Shown: positions 7,805-16,751 of the stretch, piece by piece
Position numbering within the stretch: the first letter of the stretch is position 1
How the letters are laid out: every line of letters begins with the position of its first letter
Source: an uncultured Candidatus Saccharibacteria bacterium
Lineage (GTDB): Bacteria > Patescibacteriota > Saccharimonadia > Saccharimonadales > 2-12-FULL-41-12
DNA: 64,000 bases
Assembly: GCA_947085855.1 (NCBI GenBank)
Contig: CAMTYB010000001.1
Location: 213,788 to 277,787 of the forward strand
Reading direction: 5' to 3'
The notes under the pieces: model-generated
Databases searched by the model: none
What the model saw: only the letters and a program-made list of their open reading frames with translations
Told to the model about the DNA's origin: nothing
Position numbers and translations under genes: made by a program

Positions 7805-8958
7805 GGGCGAGCAATCTCCAACAGAAGTTCTGCCAAATCTGCTGCTGGCTGCCGCTTCCCTTGCAGGGCATACATGTGCTCAGCCAACCGACGTCGCAGG
7901 GCTTTATCTGCTAATAGTGTGTCGACAGCTCGTAATAATGTAGCCGGGCTAGCTTCCAGTTCGTCTTCGGAGACTACAATCGCAGCGCCGGCATCGTGAT
8001 AAACGGTCGCATTCTTAAGCTGATGCCCTCCTGTTAGGTATGGGTTAGGCACAATGATGCAGGCTTTCTTTTGCATAGCGAAATCAGCCAACGCCGAAGC
8101 TCCAGCGCGCGCAATAACCACATCAGCGACGGCACTCATATGGAATAACTCACTTGAGAATGCGAAGAAATGAGTTCGCTTTTTTAGCGCTACGGGCAAA
8201 TTTTCTAACTGATCATCGTTACCCTCGCCAATTTGATGGAAGACACGTAAATTCGGGTGAAGCTCCAGTAATTCCGGAAGTACGCCTATAACCGCTTCAT
8301 TGAGCCGTCTGGCGCCGTTACTACCACCAGTAATCAACAGGACCGGATCAGACTTAGATAGCCTTAGATCGGCTCGTATGCGCTCCTGCTCCTCACTAGA
8401 GTAATGGCGGAACCGTGCATCAGTTGGCACCCCAACCACTCGAATCGTTTTCTTGGGGTAGTTATAGTATTCGGCTGGCATAGCCGTTGCATGGTAGCGC
8501 GCCCAACGCGCAGCCAACCTATTTGATAATCCGGGCAACGCATCTGAGTCATGAGTAATATACGGAACATGATGCAGCCGACCGGCTGCTGCCACCGGCA
8601 CACAGACAAAACCACCCTTCAGTAGCATGGCAGTGGGTTTGAGGCGCCCGAGTAATCGGTAAGCCTGGAAAAGACCGCGCAATAGTCGGAAAAAATCACG
8701 AATATTTAAGATATTTGTCTTAACATCAAAGAGCTTAGTCAGGAGGGATTCACCATGGTACCGCCGTAATTTACCGGCCGAGATAAAATGCAGTTCATCA
8801 AAGAGCTGACTGTCTTTGGCTATGTAGGCAAATTTGCCACCGGTTTCGCCGATGTAGACGAGTCTAGCCTTGGGGTGCTTTTTGCGCAGTTCAGACGCGA
8901 CGGCTAGAAGCGGCGTAATATGGCCGCCCGACCCGCCGCCGCAGAGGACGATTGTCAT
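7801..8958 (-). CDS. murG: Undecaprenyl-PP-MurNAc-pentapeptide GlcNAc transferase MurG
   Basis: N-terminus MTIVLCGGGSGGHITPLLAV. GT28 C-terminal motifs ITGGSNGARRLN and ARAGASALADF. Confidence 0.9.
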   Translation of the reverse strand: MTIVLCGGGSGGHITPLLAVASELRKKHPKARLVYIGETGGKFAYIAKDSQLFDELHFISAGKLRRYHGESLLTKLFDVKTNILNIRDFFRLLRGLFQAYRLLGRLKPTAMLLKGGFVCVPVAAAGRLHHVPYITHDSDALPGLSNRLAARWARYHATAMPAEYYNYPKKTIRVVGVPTDARFRHYSSEEQERIRADLRLSKSDPVLLITGGSNGARRLNEAVIGVLPELLELHPNLRVFHQIGEGNDDQLENLPVALKKRTHFFAFSSELFHMSAVADVVIARAGASALADFAMQKKACIIVPNPYLTGGHQLKNATVYHDAGAAIVVSEDELEASPATLLRAVDTLLADKALRRRLAEHMYALQGKRQPAADLAELLLEIARP

Positions 8959-10252
8959 AATCCGGCTCCTTCTTGTTCATTTTGACGTTCCGTATTGGTT
9001 CAAAAGTCGTAAAGCGTGAAATATGAAAGACTACGCCCAGGGCTGCCATCACAAACAGAATACTCGTGCCACCATAGCTAATAAATGGTAACGTAATGCC
9101 TTTCAGCGGCAAAAGTCCGATCATGGCGCCAATATTAATAATGGCCTGTGTGCTTAACCACGCTAAGACGCCTATGACAAACAGTCGCGCAAAGGGATCG
9201 GCTGTCCGTTCAATAATGCGCTTGAAGCGCGAAAACAGTAGTAGATACAGTCCCAGCACGATTGACACGCCCAAGAAGCCAAACTTTTCGGCCAGAATAG
9301 CAAAAATTGAGTCGTTAGCCGCTTCCGGTAAATAGCCATAGGCTTGGACGCCATTGCCAAGACCAAGGCCAAATACCCCACCGCTACCAACAGCAATCAA
9401 CGCTTGGCACGACTGATAGCCGCTGGCTTGGCAGTCGCTCTGTGGGTTCAAAAAGGTAGCCACGCGATCGCGTCGATAACTACTAGTTGAGATTGCCAAC
9501 AACGTGCCGACGGCTACGATTGCCCCTATCAAGGCAAGTCGTTTCATTGGCAAACCAGCCGCAAATGCCATAACAACGATAATGGCAATCATGACACCGG
9601 TGGAACCGAGGTCACTCTGGACTTTCGCTACTACCACACCTATAACAGCCATGACGATAAGGAGTGGCCGAAGTGTTTTGAGATTATTCCCCATTTCCCC
9701 ACTACGCATGCGCTCCGTCAAAAACGCGGCTAACCAGATAATCAGTGCGAATTTGATAATTTCAGCTACTTGGAACGACAAACCGCCAATCTGAATCCAA
9801 CGCGAGGCGCCGTTTATTTCTTCTCCGACGATAAGAACCGCCACGCAACTGATGGCCGCTAAACCCAACAAGATGTACTGAGCTTTTCGTAGCGTCCTGA
9901 ATGGCACAATGCTAAAAACGGCGAAAGCCGCTAGGCCCAGACTGATTGCAATCGATTGCTTAATCACGAAATAGTTAGTGCCAACACCTTTGGTGGCAGC
10001 TAAACCAGGGCTAATGGCATACACGACCACAAGACCGACTGCTGATAGTAACAATGAAATAATGAGTAGGCTGTAATCTGGTCGGTGCTTACGAGATACA
10101 GCTGCACTACCACTCGACAGGCCACTGCTAGACGAGCGAGATCGCTCATGGGCCGAACTATCACGTCGTGGCGCTCTGCCCCCGCCTCTGGCCGGACTGT
10201 TCTGGCTACCGGGGTTGGGCGAAAATAAGTTTGCTACTATCCTGCTAAACAT
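8891..10252 (-). CDS. ftsW: SEDS-family peptidoglycan polymerase FtsW
   Basis: Polytopic membrane protein with SEDS motifs (SDLGST, LPEAANDSIFA, GITLPFISYGGTS). dcw position between mraY and murG. Confidence 0.85.
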   Translation of the reverse strand: MFSRIVANLFSPNPGSQNSPARGGGRAPRRDSSAHERSRSSSSGLSSGSAAVSRKHRPDYSLLIISLLLSAVGLVVVYAISPGLAATKGVGTNYFVIKQSIAISLGLAAFAVFSIVPFRTLRKAQYILLGLAAISCVAVLIVGEEINGASRWIQIGGLSFQVAEIIKFALIIWLAAFLTERMRSGEMGNNLKTLRPLLIVMAVIGVVVAKVQSDLGSTGVMIAIIVVMAFAAGLPMKRLALIGAIVAVGTLLAISTSSYRRDRVATFLNPQSDCQASGYQSCQALIAVGSGGVFGLGLGNGVQAYGYLPEAANDSIFAILAEKFGFLGVSIVLGLYLLLFSRFKRIIERTADPFARLFVIGVLAWLSTQAIINIGAMIGLLPLKGITLPFISYGGTSILFVMAALGVVFHISRFTTFEPIRNVKMNKKEPDYDNRPLRRRVGRPYYAASSRRV

Positions 10253-11300
10253 GAGTGCCGCTCAGTAAAAAGATTACAATGCCAATCACACCAGACACTT
10301 GGCCGAGTATCCAGAAGCGCATTGTCACTTTGGTTTCAGGCCAACCCGAAGCCTCAAAATGATGATGCAGTGGTGCAATTTTGAAAATCTTTTTACCGTT
10401 TCGGAGCTTCTTAGAAAGTATCTGGAGCAAACTTGATCCAGCTTCGGCCACAAAAACAGCGCCAATAATCGGCAACAGTAGTACCGTGTCGGTAATCATT
10501 GCCACCACACCGAGTGCCGTACCAAGCGCATATGACCCCGAATCCCCCATGAAAAATCGTGCGGGATAGACATTGAACCAGGTATAACTCAACAAAGCAC
10601 CGACAACTGTCATACAGAAACCAGCGACCCCAAAACGCTCCTGTAAGAAAGCGATGATGGCATAGTTACCAAAGGCAATGGCTGCGAGGCCGCCCGCTAA
10701 GCCGTCGAGGCCATCGGTGAAATTAACAGCATTGGTCGTACTTACGACCACCAAGACAAACAGGGGCACAATCAGCCAACCAATCTCAAGGGGCACACTC
10801 AAACCAGGCACAAAGATACTATCCACTTCTAGCTTTGTGAAGAAGTAAAGCCCTCCCACAAGAGCAATCGCTGCTGTTAATAAAAATTTGATACTCGAAG
10901 GCAGACCGGCCACACCGGCACCAGTACCTTTAATGTTGATAATGTCATCAACCAAACCAATCAAACCAGCGCCCACAAAAGCCGCCAGCGGTAGCCACGT
11001 CTCTTCCCTGGCTAAGTTAAAGCTGGCCGTGACCAGCAGGACTGAAACAAGAAAGATGACACCGGCCATGGTTGGAATCAAACGACGATGCTTTTCGGCG
11101 TGTAGCCTCGTAAAAACTTTAGCTTTTTCACCTGTAACGGCGGTAGCACGTGGTTTTTTCCACCATTGCCCCCGATACGCTAGCGTAGTGTAGATAGGTG
11201 TAATCAAGATACTGATAGCAAAGCCTAGGAAAGCCAGGATGAAGATTTCGACTACCTGGCTGACCGGTAAACTGAGGACGAGTGTTTCTGTGTCGGGCAT
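10245..11300 (-). CDS. mraY: Phospho-N-acetylmuramoyl-pentapeptide transferase MraY
   Basis: Motifs NAVNFTDGLDGLA, FMGDSGSYALG, APLHHHFE. Confidence 0.95.
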   Translation of the reverse strand: MPDTETLVLSLPVSQVVEIFILAFLGFAISILITPIYTTLAYRGQWWKKPRATAVTGEKAKVFTRLHAEKHRRLIPTMAGVIFLVSVLLVTASFNLAREETWLPLAAFVGAGLIGLVDDIINIKGTGAGVAGLPSSIKFLLTAAIALVGGLYFFTKLEVDSIFVPGLSVPLEIGWLIVPLFVLVVVSTTNAVNFTDGLDGLAGGLAAIAFGNYAIIAFLQERFGVAGFCMTVVGALLSYTWFNVYPARFFMGDSGSYALGTALGVVAMITDTVLLLPIIGAVFVAEAGSSLLQILSKKLRNGKKIFKIAPLHHHFEASGWPETKVTMRFWILGQVSGVIGIVIFLLSGTHV

Positions 11301-11322
11301 TTGTTTTTAGTACCTTTCTCTA

Positions 11323-13065
11323 TTATAGCGAATAATTCTGTATCAGCATGTCAATTGTTTTACCAAACAGTGGCGCAGCCGCTTTTGTACCGGCATAACC
11401 GGGCACTTTTGGCTCATTAACACGAACCATAACAACGTATTGTGGCTTATCGGTACCGATAAAGCCAATGAATGTACCGTTGTAGCGATCATCATAGTAG
11501 CCGCCGTCTGGCTTAGGAACTTCGGCTGTACCGGTTTTGCCACCAACTTTATAGCCTGCCCGCTTCAGGAAGGTGTAGTTTTTTTGCACGGAATTTTCGT
11601 GCATGCCTCGTAATACGTCGGATATTTCAGGCTTGATAGTATTTGGGCGCACGTTATCAGACTTAGCTTTATCGCCCGATTCAACCAAGTGAGGCCGCAT
11701 ATAGGAGCCCCCGTTAATAGTTGCTGAATAGGCTGCCGTCATCTGTAATGGCGTAACGTTTACACCTTGCCCAAAAGTGGTATTGGCATACTGAATATCC
11801 AAACCATAGCCTTCTTTCGGGTCTGGTACGTAGCCCTCAGCTTCGTAGCCCTGTTCTACTCCGGTTTTTTTGCCAAAGCCATAGTGATTGGTCATGTAGT
11901 CATGCCACTTTACACGGCCCTGCTCGTTGATCTTACCGCCACCAAGCTGCATCAAGATGTACGTAGCCCCCGTGTTCAGCGAGTAGCGCAAAATGTCAGA
12001 AATACTGCGCGTGGCAGCACCGCCATCTTCTTCAACATTTTTAATTGTCCGGTCGCCGATTTTATAAAAACTTGGATCAGCATAGGTTGTATTCGGCTGC
12101 ACCACCCCTTCATTGAGACCGGCAGCTACAGTTAACGTCTTCATAATCGAACCTAGCTCCATAGGCGAGCTAACGGCTGCATTAGCAAAGACTGCAGAGT
12201 CTTCGGCTTTTACATTTGAAAAATCGGCTGGATTATAGGTTGGATAGTTTGCCATGGCCTTAATAGCGCCGCTATTGGGATCCATGACGATTAAACTACC
12301 CGACTCGGACTTAACATCTTGCAGATGAGATTTAAGCGTATCCTCAACTCGTTTTTGCATGCTCAAATCGAGTGTTAAACGAACGCGCTTGCCGTCTTCT
12401 GGTTCCTTGAGAATATTATCGCCAGCACTGATGAGCGGCACACCACGAGCGTCAGTAATTGCTTTAAGCTCACCAGGCTTACCCTTGAGCTGCTCATCGA
12501 GATACTGCTCAATGCCGTACTTGCCCTGCCCTTCGTCGTTCACAAAGCCGAGCGACTGCGAAGCAAGGTTACCTTGTGGATATGTTCGCTGCGGTGTAGC
12601 TCGAGTACCTATACCTTTAATTTCTAGCTTGTCGAGAGCTTCTTGTTTGTCTTTGGGCAGCTTTTTGGCCAAAATCGCATAGCGCGTATCAACACGCATT
12701 TTTTCTTCGTACTCCTTAGGGTTACCGCCAATAACACCAGCAACAGCTTCGGAAGCCTGCTTGGCGTCCTTGACGTACTTCGGGTCGGCAAATAACGTAT
12801 AGACCTGCTCGTTCAGGACTATCGGTACGACGTTTTTGCCATCATAGGCCTCAATAACACCCCTGTTGGCAGGTATTTCATATTCCTTATACTGACCTTG
12901 GTGAGCCGCCAGACGATAACGATCGTGTTGAATAATTTGTAAATAAAAAAGCCGGACCAAAAAGATAGCAAATACGAGCAAAAGCAGTCCGTACCAAATA
13001 TTGAGACGGAGACTACTGAAGTAAACTGGTATATCCCCTATGGGACGAGCAGCTCTTGGTCGCAT
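11323..13065 (-). CDS. ftsI: Penicillin-binding protein, FtsI-type transpeptidase
   Basis: N-terminal TM, PBP dimerisation region, SxxK (GSIMKT) and KTG (GKTGTA) motifs. dcw position. Confidence 0.85.
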   Translation of the reverse strand: MRPRAARPIGDIPVYFSSLRLNIWYGLLLLVFAIFLVRLFYLQIIQHDRYRLAAHQGQYKEYEIPANRGVIEAYDGKNVVPIVLNEQVYTLFADPKYVKDAKQASEAVAGVIGGNPKEYEEKMRVDTRYAILAKKLPKDKQEALDKLEIKGIGTRATPQRTYPQGNLASQSLGFVNDEGQGKYGIEQYLDEQLKGKPGELKAITDARGVPLISAGDNILKEPEDGKRVRLTLDLSMQKRVEDTLKSHLQDVKSESGSLIVMDPNSGAIKAMANYPTYNPADFSNVKAEDSAVFANAAVSSPMELGSIMKTLTVAAGLNEGVVQPNTTYADPSFYKIGDRTIKNVEEDGGAATRSISDILRYSLNTGATYILMQLGGGKINEQGRVKWHDYMTNHYGFGKKTGVEQGYEAEGYVPDPKEGYGLDIQYANTTFGQGVNVTPLQMTAAYSATINGGSYMRPHLVESGDKAKSDNVRPNTIKPEISDVLRGMHENSVQKNYTFLKRAGYKVGGKTGTAEVPKPDGGYYDDRYNGTFIGFIGTDKPQYVVMVRVNEPKVPGYAGTKAAAPLFGKTIDMLIQNYSL

Positions 13066-13117
13066 GTATTCCTTTCAGAGCCACGTTGAGCCAACGATCG
13101 GGCGTACAATACGTGCA

Positions 13118-13462
13118 TTAACGGATTGTGGCTGATGGTGCTACCGAAACGAGGCTTTGTGATGCCGAACTACCGGCAACACGATCCATTGACTGCAGCC
13201 GAGCAGCGGTCAATTCAAGCTCTTCATGTTCTTTTTGCAGTTGTGTGTGTTGTTTAGACAAACCATCTATAGTATACCCGTTGGCATTGGTTTTTGTCAC
13301 CTGAGTCAGGTACAACAAACCAAGCAAGCAACTGAGGATGACGAGGATGACTGTATTGCTGATTGGTCCCAGGGTTTTGACCTGCTCATTGAAGCTAACA
13401 GCATTCTGATGACGAACTGCAAAACGTTTGCGGCTCATGGCGATTGAACTTGAGTATGTCAT
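13118..13462 (-). CDS. ftsL: FtsL-like small bitopic division protein
   Basis: From ATG 13462 (MTYSS...) there is a single TM (VILVILSCLLGLLYL) followed by a coiled-coil (LSKQHTQLQKEHEELELTAARLQ). It lies between rsmH and ftsI. The upstream extension to 13537 merely translates an A-rich leader. Confidence 0.55.
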   Translation of the reverse strand: MTYSSSIAMSRKRFAVRHQNAVSFNEQVKTLGPISNTVILVILSCLLGLLYLTQVTKTNANGYTIDGLSKQHTQLQKEHEELELTAARLQSMDRVAGSSASQSLVSVAPSATIR

Positions 13463-13632
13463 ATGTTTCTTTTTTGTTTTTATTTTTGATATTTTTGGTG
13501 ACAGTAGCGTGCCGGAGGCTGGACGCCCCCAGCACACTGTCGAACCTATAAGACCTTTACAGGTACTTTGTAGGTACGGGAGTTACTTTTTACCTGGATC
13601 GGCATAAGCTTCCCCCTTTCTTGTGTTTATTT

Positions 13633-14514
13633 TTATTTTCGCTGCACTACCCGTAATTTAGCACTACGAGAGCGCGGATTAAAAACGCTTTCAGGCTGCC
13701 CTGCTACCACTGGCTGTTTGGTCTTGATGACAAAATCTGCATCATACCGATTGCCGCCATGCTCTTGAAAATATTGCTTTACCAAACGGTCTTCTAGGCT
13801 GTGAAACGATATCACAGCTAGGCGTCCGCCTGGCTTGAGCAGTGAATGCCACACAGGCAAACTCTGACTCAGCTGATCAAGTTCTCCGTTAACAGCGATT
13901 CTGAGCGCCTGGAAAACTTGAGCTTCAAGCCGCACTTTTGGGTTTGGCTGGCGAGCTTTGATAACACGTGCGAGGTCTGTCGTCGTTTCGAATGGTCGAG
14001 CTGCAATAAGTGCATCCACTACGCCTGCGGCGCCGCGAACTTCACCATACTTCTGAAGAATTGTTATTAACTCTTCCCGAGAAGCTTCATTGATGAGCGA
14101 ACCAGCGGTTACAGATAACCGTTGATCCATGCGCATATCGAGCGGACCTTCTTCTTGAAACGAGAAGCCCCTGCGTGCATTGTCAAGGTGCGGTGACGAT
14201 AAACCAATGTCTGCAAGCACCAGATCAAACGTTTGGCCCTCTTTCTGCAATTGCTGGCTAGCCGACAGGAAATCCTGATGACGAATCTCTACTCGCTGGT
14301 CGGCTGCAAACACTTGTTCCAGATGATCAATGGCGTTCTGATCACGATCTACTAATATTGCGTGTCCATCATCGCCTACCTTTTCCAACACGCGACGAGC
14401 ATGCCCACCGTAGCCTGCCGTCAGGTCTAGGTAATGCTCTCCTGCGTGGGGGTCGAGGTATGAGACAACTTCTTCAATCAATACTGGTATATGTTGTTGC
14501 ATAATTTGGTTCAC
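13633..14514 (-). CDS. rsmH: 16S rRNA (cytosine1402-N4)-methyltransferase RsmH
   Basis: Motifs HIPVL, DLTAGYGGHA, DIGLSSPHLD, SFHSLEDR. GTG at 14514 or ATG at 14502. Confidence 0.9.
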   Translation of the reverse strand: MNQIMQQHIPVLIEEVVSYLDPHAGEHYLDLTAGYGGHARRVLEKVGDDGHAILVDRDQNAIDHLEQVFAADQRVEIRHQDFLSASQQLQKEGQTFDLVLADIGLSSPHLDNARRGFSFQEEGPLDMRMDQRLSVTAGSLINEASREELITILQKYGEVRGAAGVVDALIAARPFETTTDLARVIKARQPNPKVRLEAQVFQALRIAVNGELDQLSQSLPVWHSLLKPGGRLAVISFHSLEDRLVKQYFQEHGGNRYDADFVIKTKQPVVAGQPESVFNPRSRSAKLRVVQRK

Positions 14515-14519
14515 TTGTA

Positions 14520-14639
14520 GTTTTTATTTTTGTGTTTGTTTTTATTTTACAAGGTCACCTATTTAGCAGTCAGTTTTTTATTTTTACATATTTTATGATG
14601 TGACCATCGTTTTTGTTTTTGTTTATCTTTTTAGTCACC
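14520..14639 (-). repeat. Three degenerate T-rich units, each ending in GTCACC/GTGACC (plus-strand reading)
   Basis: The units end at GGTCACC (14553-14559), GTGACCA (14600-14606) and AGTCACC (14633-14639). Each is preceded by GTTTTTATTTT-like runs. Confidence 0.4.
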
Positions 14640-14906
14640 TTCTTGGCTTTAATTTACTATAGATTTTAAAAATCCATTGATAATGCCGAAGGTAAAGATA
14701 GTGAGTTTTAGAGACTTATGTGTGAGGTGGAGTTTTGGGAGGTGTTTTATAAAAAGGTACAAGGGTTTTATCTTGTGGTTTGCCCTACATGCCACATACT
14801 GACTGCCAAATAGCTGACCTCGTGCTACTTGAATTCTGCTTTGCTTATATAACTAGTTGTTAACGTGCTTTGCCAACAAATCAATCAAACCAACACCGAC
14901 ACTCAC

Positions 14907-15275
14907 CTATTCAGGCTTGGCTACGATCCGCCAATAACGGCGACCAACACCAATACAGACAATTTCACGGTCAATGCCAGCGAAATTGAGTAAATGTTGC
15001 TCAATCGTAATGCGACCCTGCCTATCGTCGATAACGGATTCAATCTTGCCCATCCGAAACTGTACGTTAAGATCAGCAATCCGCTCATCGAGGATGTCGC
15101 CTTCCAAGCGTGGCTCAACGAGGTTATCCCAGACATCCTTTGGATATAGATGCAGGTATTTACCGAAACCGCGCGTCACAACTGCTCCGCTCGTGAACTT
15201 ACTACGAATTTCCGGCGGAATAGTGAGCCGCCTCTTTTCGTCAAGCTTCCGTTCAAAATAGTCGTGATTGGCCAT
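14907..15275 (-). CDS. mraZ: Transcriptional regulator MraZ
   Basis: Two SpoVT/AbrB-like halves: KLDEKRRLTIPPEIR and IDDRQGRITIEQHL. First gene of the dcw cluster. Confidence 0.8.
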   Translation of the reverse strand: MANHDYFERKLDEKRRLTIPPEIRSKFTSGAVVTRGFGKYLHLYPKDVWDNLVEPRLEGDILDERIADLNVQFRMGKIESVIDDRQGRITIEQHLLNFAGIDREIVCIGVGRRYWRIVAKPE

Positions 15276-15368
15276 ACTTGGTACTTGAGTTTAAGTTGTT
15301 GATAGATTTGTTAATCTAGTGGTTTTTATTTTTTGATCTGCGGTAACTATTTTGGTTACCTACGATTA

Positions 15369-15404
15369 CCCACTAACAAGATCATACTACCCACTGTACC
15401 CCAC
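15369..15404 (-). promoter_or_regulatory. Candidate MraZ operator: three GTGGG boxes
   Basis: Reverse-strand GTGGG at 15404-15400, 15394-15390 and 15373-15369, with spacings of 10 and 21 nt. They overlap the putative mraZ promoter. Confidence 0.5.
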
Positions 15405-15410
15405 ACACAA
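15381..15410 (-). promoter_or_regulatory. Putative mraZ promoter TTGTGT-18-TATGAT
   Basis: Reverse-strand hexamers at 15410-15405 and 15386-15381. Confidence 0.4.
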
Positions 15411-15647
15411 GCATTTTCTAGATTTATGTCATACAAAATGCCCACGGTTATCCACAGGCAGTAACCAGGAGTCATTTTTGACCACATGTAAGGCGTCTTT
15501 ATCTCATACATGAAATAAAGACGCCGATTCTTACTGCTATCACGACCAGAAATTTGCTGCACAGATAAACCTTCGCTACTGTTAAGTGGTCACTCTTTAG
15601 TGAATTCTTAACAACTTCTTAAATTCGATAAAGGATATACGCACCAT

Positions 15648-16751
15648 ATGCAGCTTGCTCCAGTCGCTCAAAATGAACTCGCCCCCACCCCACCTAAAAT
15701 TGCTGTCGTCGGAGGCGGGACCGGCACGTCTAACATCGCACGCGGTCTACGCGAATATGCCGAGACTATAGATATAACCGCTATACCAAGCGTAGCCGAC
15801 AGTGGTGGTTCAAGCCGAAAAATGCGAGAAATGGGCTTGATGCCACCTGGCGATACACGCCAATGTCTGGCTGCCCTCTCTACCGATAAGAAGCTAGCGA
15901 TACAGTTCAATCATCGCTATGGCCCGGCTGATGGCGAACACCTGGCCGGACACACCTATGGAAATATCTGGCTCGCAACCCACGAACGAAAACTTGGTGG
16001 CTTTGATAAAGCTGTCGTAGCTGCCAGTGATCTTCTCCGAATTAGCGGCCAGGTTATCCCTGCCTCCCTCGACTTGCATGATTCACTACTACATGAAGAA
16101 GGTGTTACGGTCGCCAGAGGCGAAGTAAATGTTCGTAATTACCCCTTGCACGGGGACTCCGAGCCATCGATCAGCCTAACGCCTACGGCACGATTGAACG
16201 AGGAAGCTCAAGTAGCCCTCGGAGAAGCCGATATAGTCGTCATTGCACCCGGCAATTTGTTTGGCTCGCTGCTACCAGTCCTCGCTCTCAGGGGTATGCG
16301 CGAAGCCCTGCGCGATTCACAAGCTCATGTCGCCATGGTCGGCAATCTCGTTAACTGCCCGATTCAAACTCACGGCTGGCACGTTACAGACTATGCCATG
16401 GCAATTGAAGCTGTCATTGGCAAAGGCCGCATCGACAGTATTATCTATAATAATGACATCTCTCTCATTCAAGCTGCCAACAAAAAGGCATTCAGGCGAA
16501 ACGATCCCGACGAAGCCCTAACCAATCCGGTTGCTACCTCTCGTGAGTTGTTTGCGAGATTACCGCGAGCTAAAAAAATCGGTGCCCGTTTAGCCGCCAA
16601 CCAACTACGAGCTGTCAACGCCAATGACACGTTAATTGACCGGCCTCGCAATCAATTTCTACATGACAAACGAGTTCTCGCCAAGACGTTATACGCCATT
16701 GCTCAAGCTCGTCAGACAAACCGTCTAGCTACCACTCAGACAGTTCTTTGA
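15648..16751 (+). CDS. YvcK/CofD-family (UPF0052) protein
   Basis: Motifs VVGGGTGTSNIARGL, ADSGGSSRKMRE, PPGDTRQCL. Confidence 0.75.
   Translation: MQLAPVAQNELAPTPPKIAVVGGGTGTSNIARGLREYAETIDITAIPSVADSGGSSRKMREMGLMPPGDTRQCLAALSTDKKLAIQFNHRYGPADGEHLAGHTYGNIWLATHERKLGGFDKAVVAASDLLRISGQVIPASLDLHDSLLHEEGVTVARGEVNVRNYPLHGDSEPSISLTPTARLNEEAQVALGEADIVVIAPGNLFGSLLPVLALRGMREALRDSQAHVAMVGNLVNCPIQTHGWHVTDYAMAIEAVIGKGRIDSIIYNNDISLIQAANKKAFRRNDPDEALTNPVATSRELFARLPRAKKIGARLAANQLRAVNANDTLIDRPRNQFLHDKRVLAKTLYAIAQARQTNRLATTQTVL

Noticed and set aside
8891-8958. The 68-nt ftsW/murG overlap as a sign of frameshift or pseudogenisation
   Set aside because: Both proteins are full length with intact motifs. The FtsW tail is a basic low-complexity extension, so the overlap is probably genuine or the result of a slightly extended FtsW C-terminus.
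13538-13551. tRNA-like T-loop (reverse strand AGGTTCGACAG) in the rsmH-ftsL spacer
   Set aside because: The flanking bases cannot form a T-stem, and no acceptor, D or anticodon arms can be drawn. It is not a tRNA.
15448-15456. Isolated perfect DnaA boxes (15448-15456 plus strand; 59025-59033 as TGTGGATAA) as functional sites
   Set aside because: About 0.5 perfect 9-mers are expected by chance in 64 kb on both strands. One of these lies inside a coding ORF. Without clustering or phasing I do not consider them evidence.
15356-15562. 68-aa reverse-strand ORF upstream of mraZ
   Set aside because: It covers the putative mraZ promoter and GTGGG operator. It has no RBS and an implausible composition, so it is likely a chance ORF.
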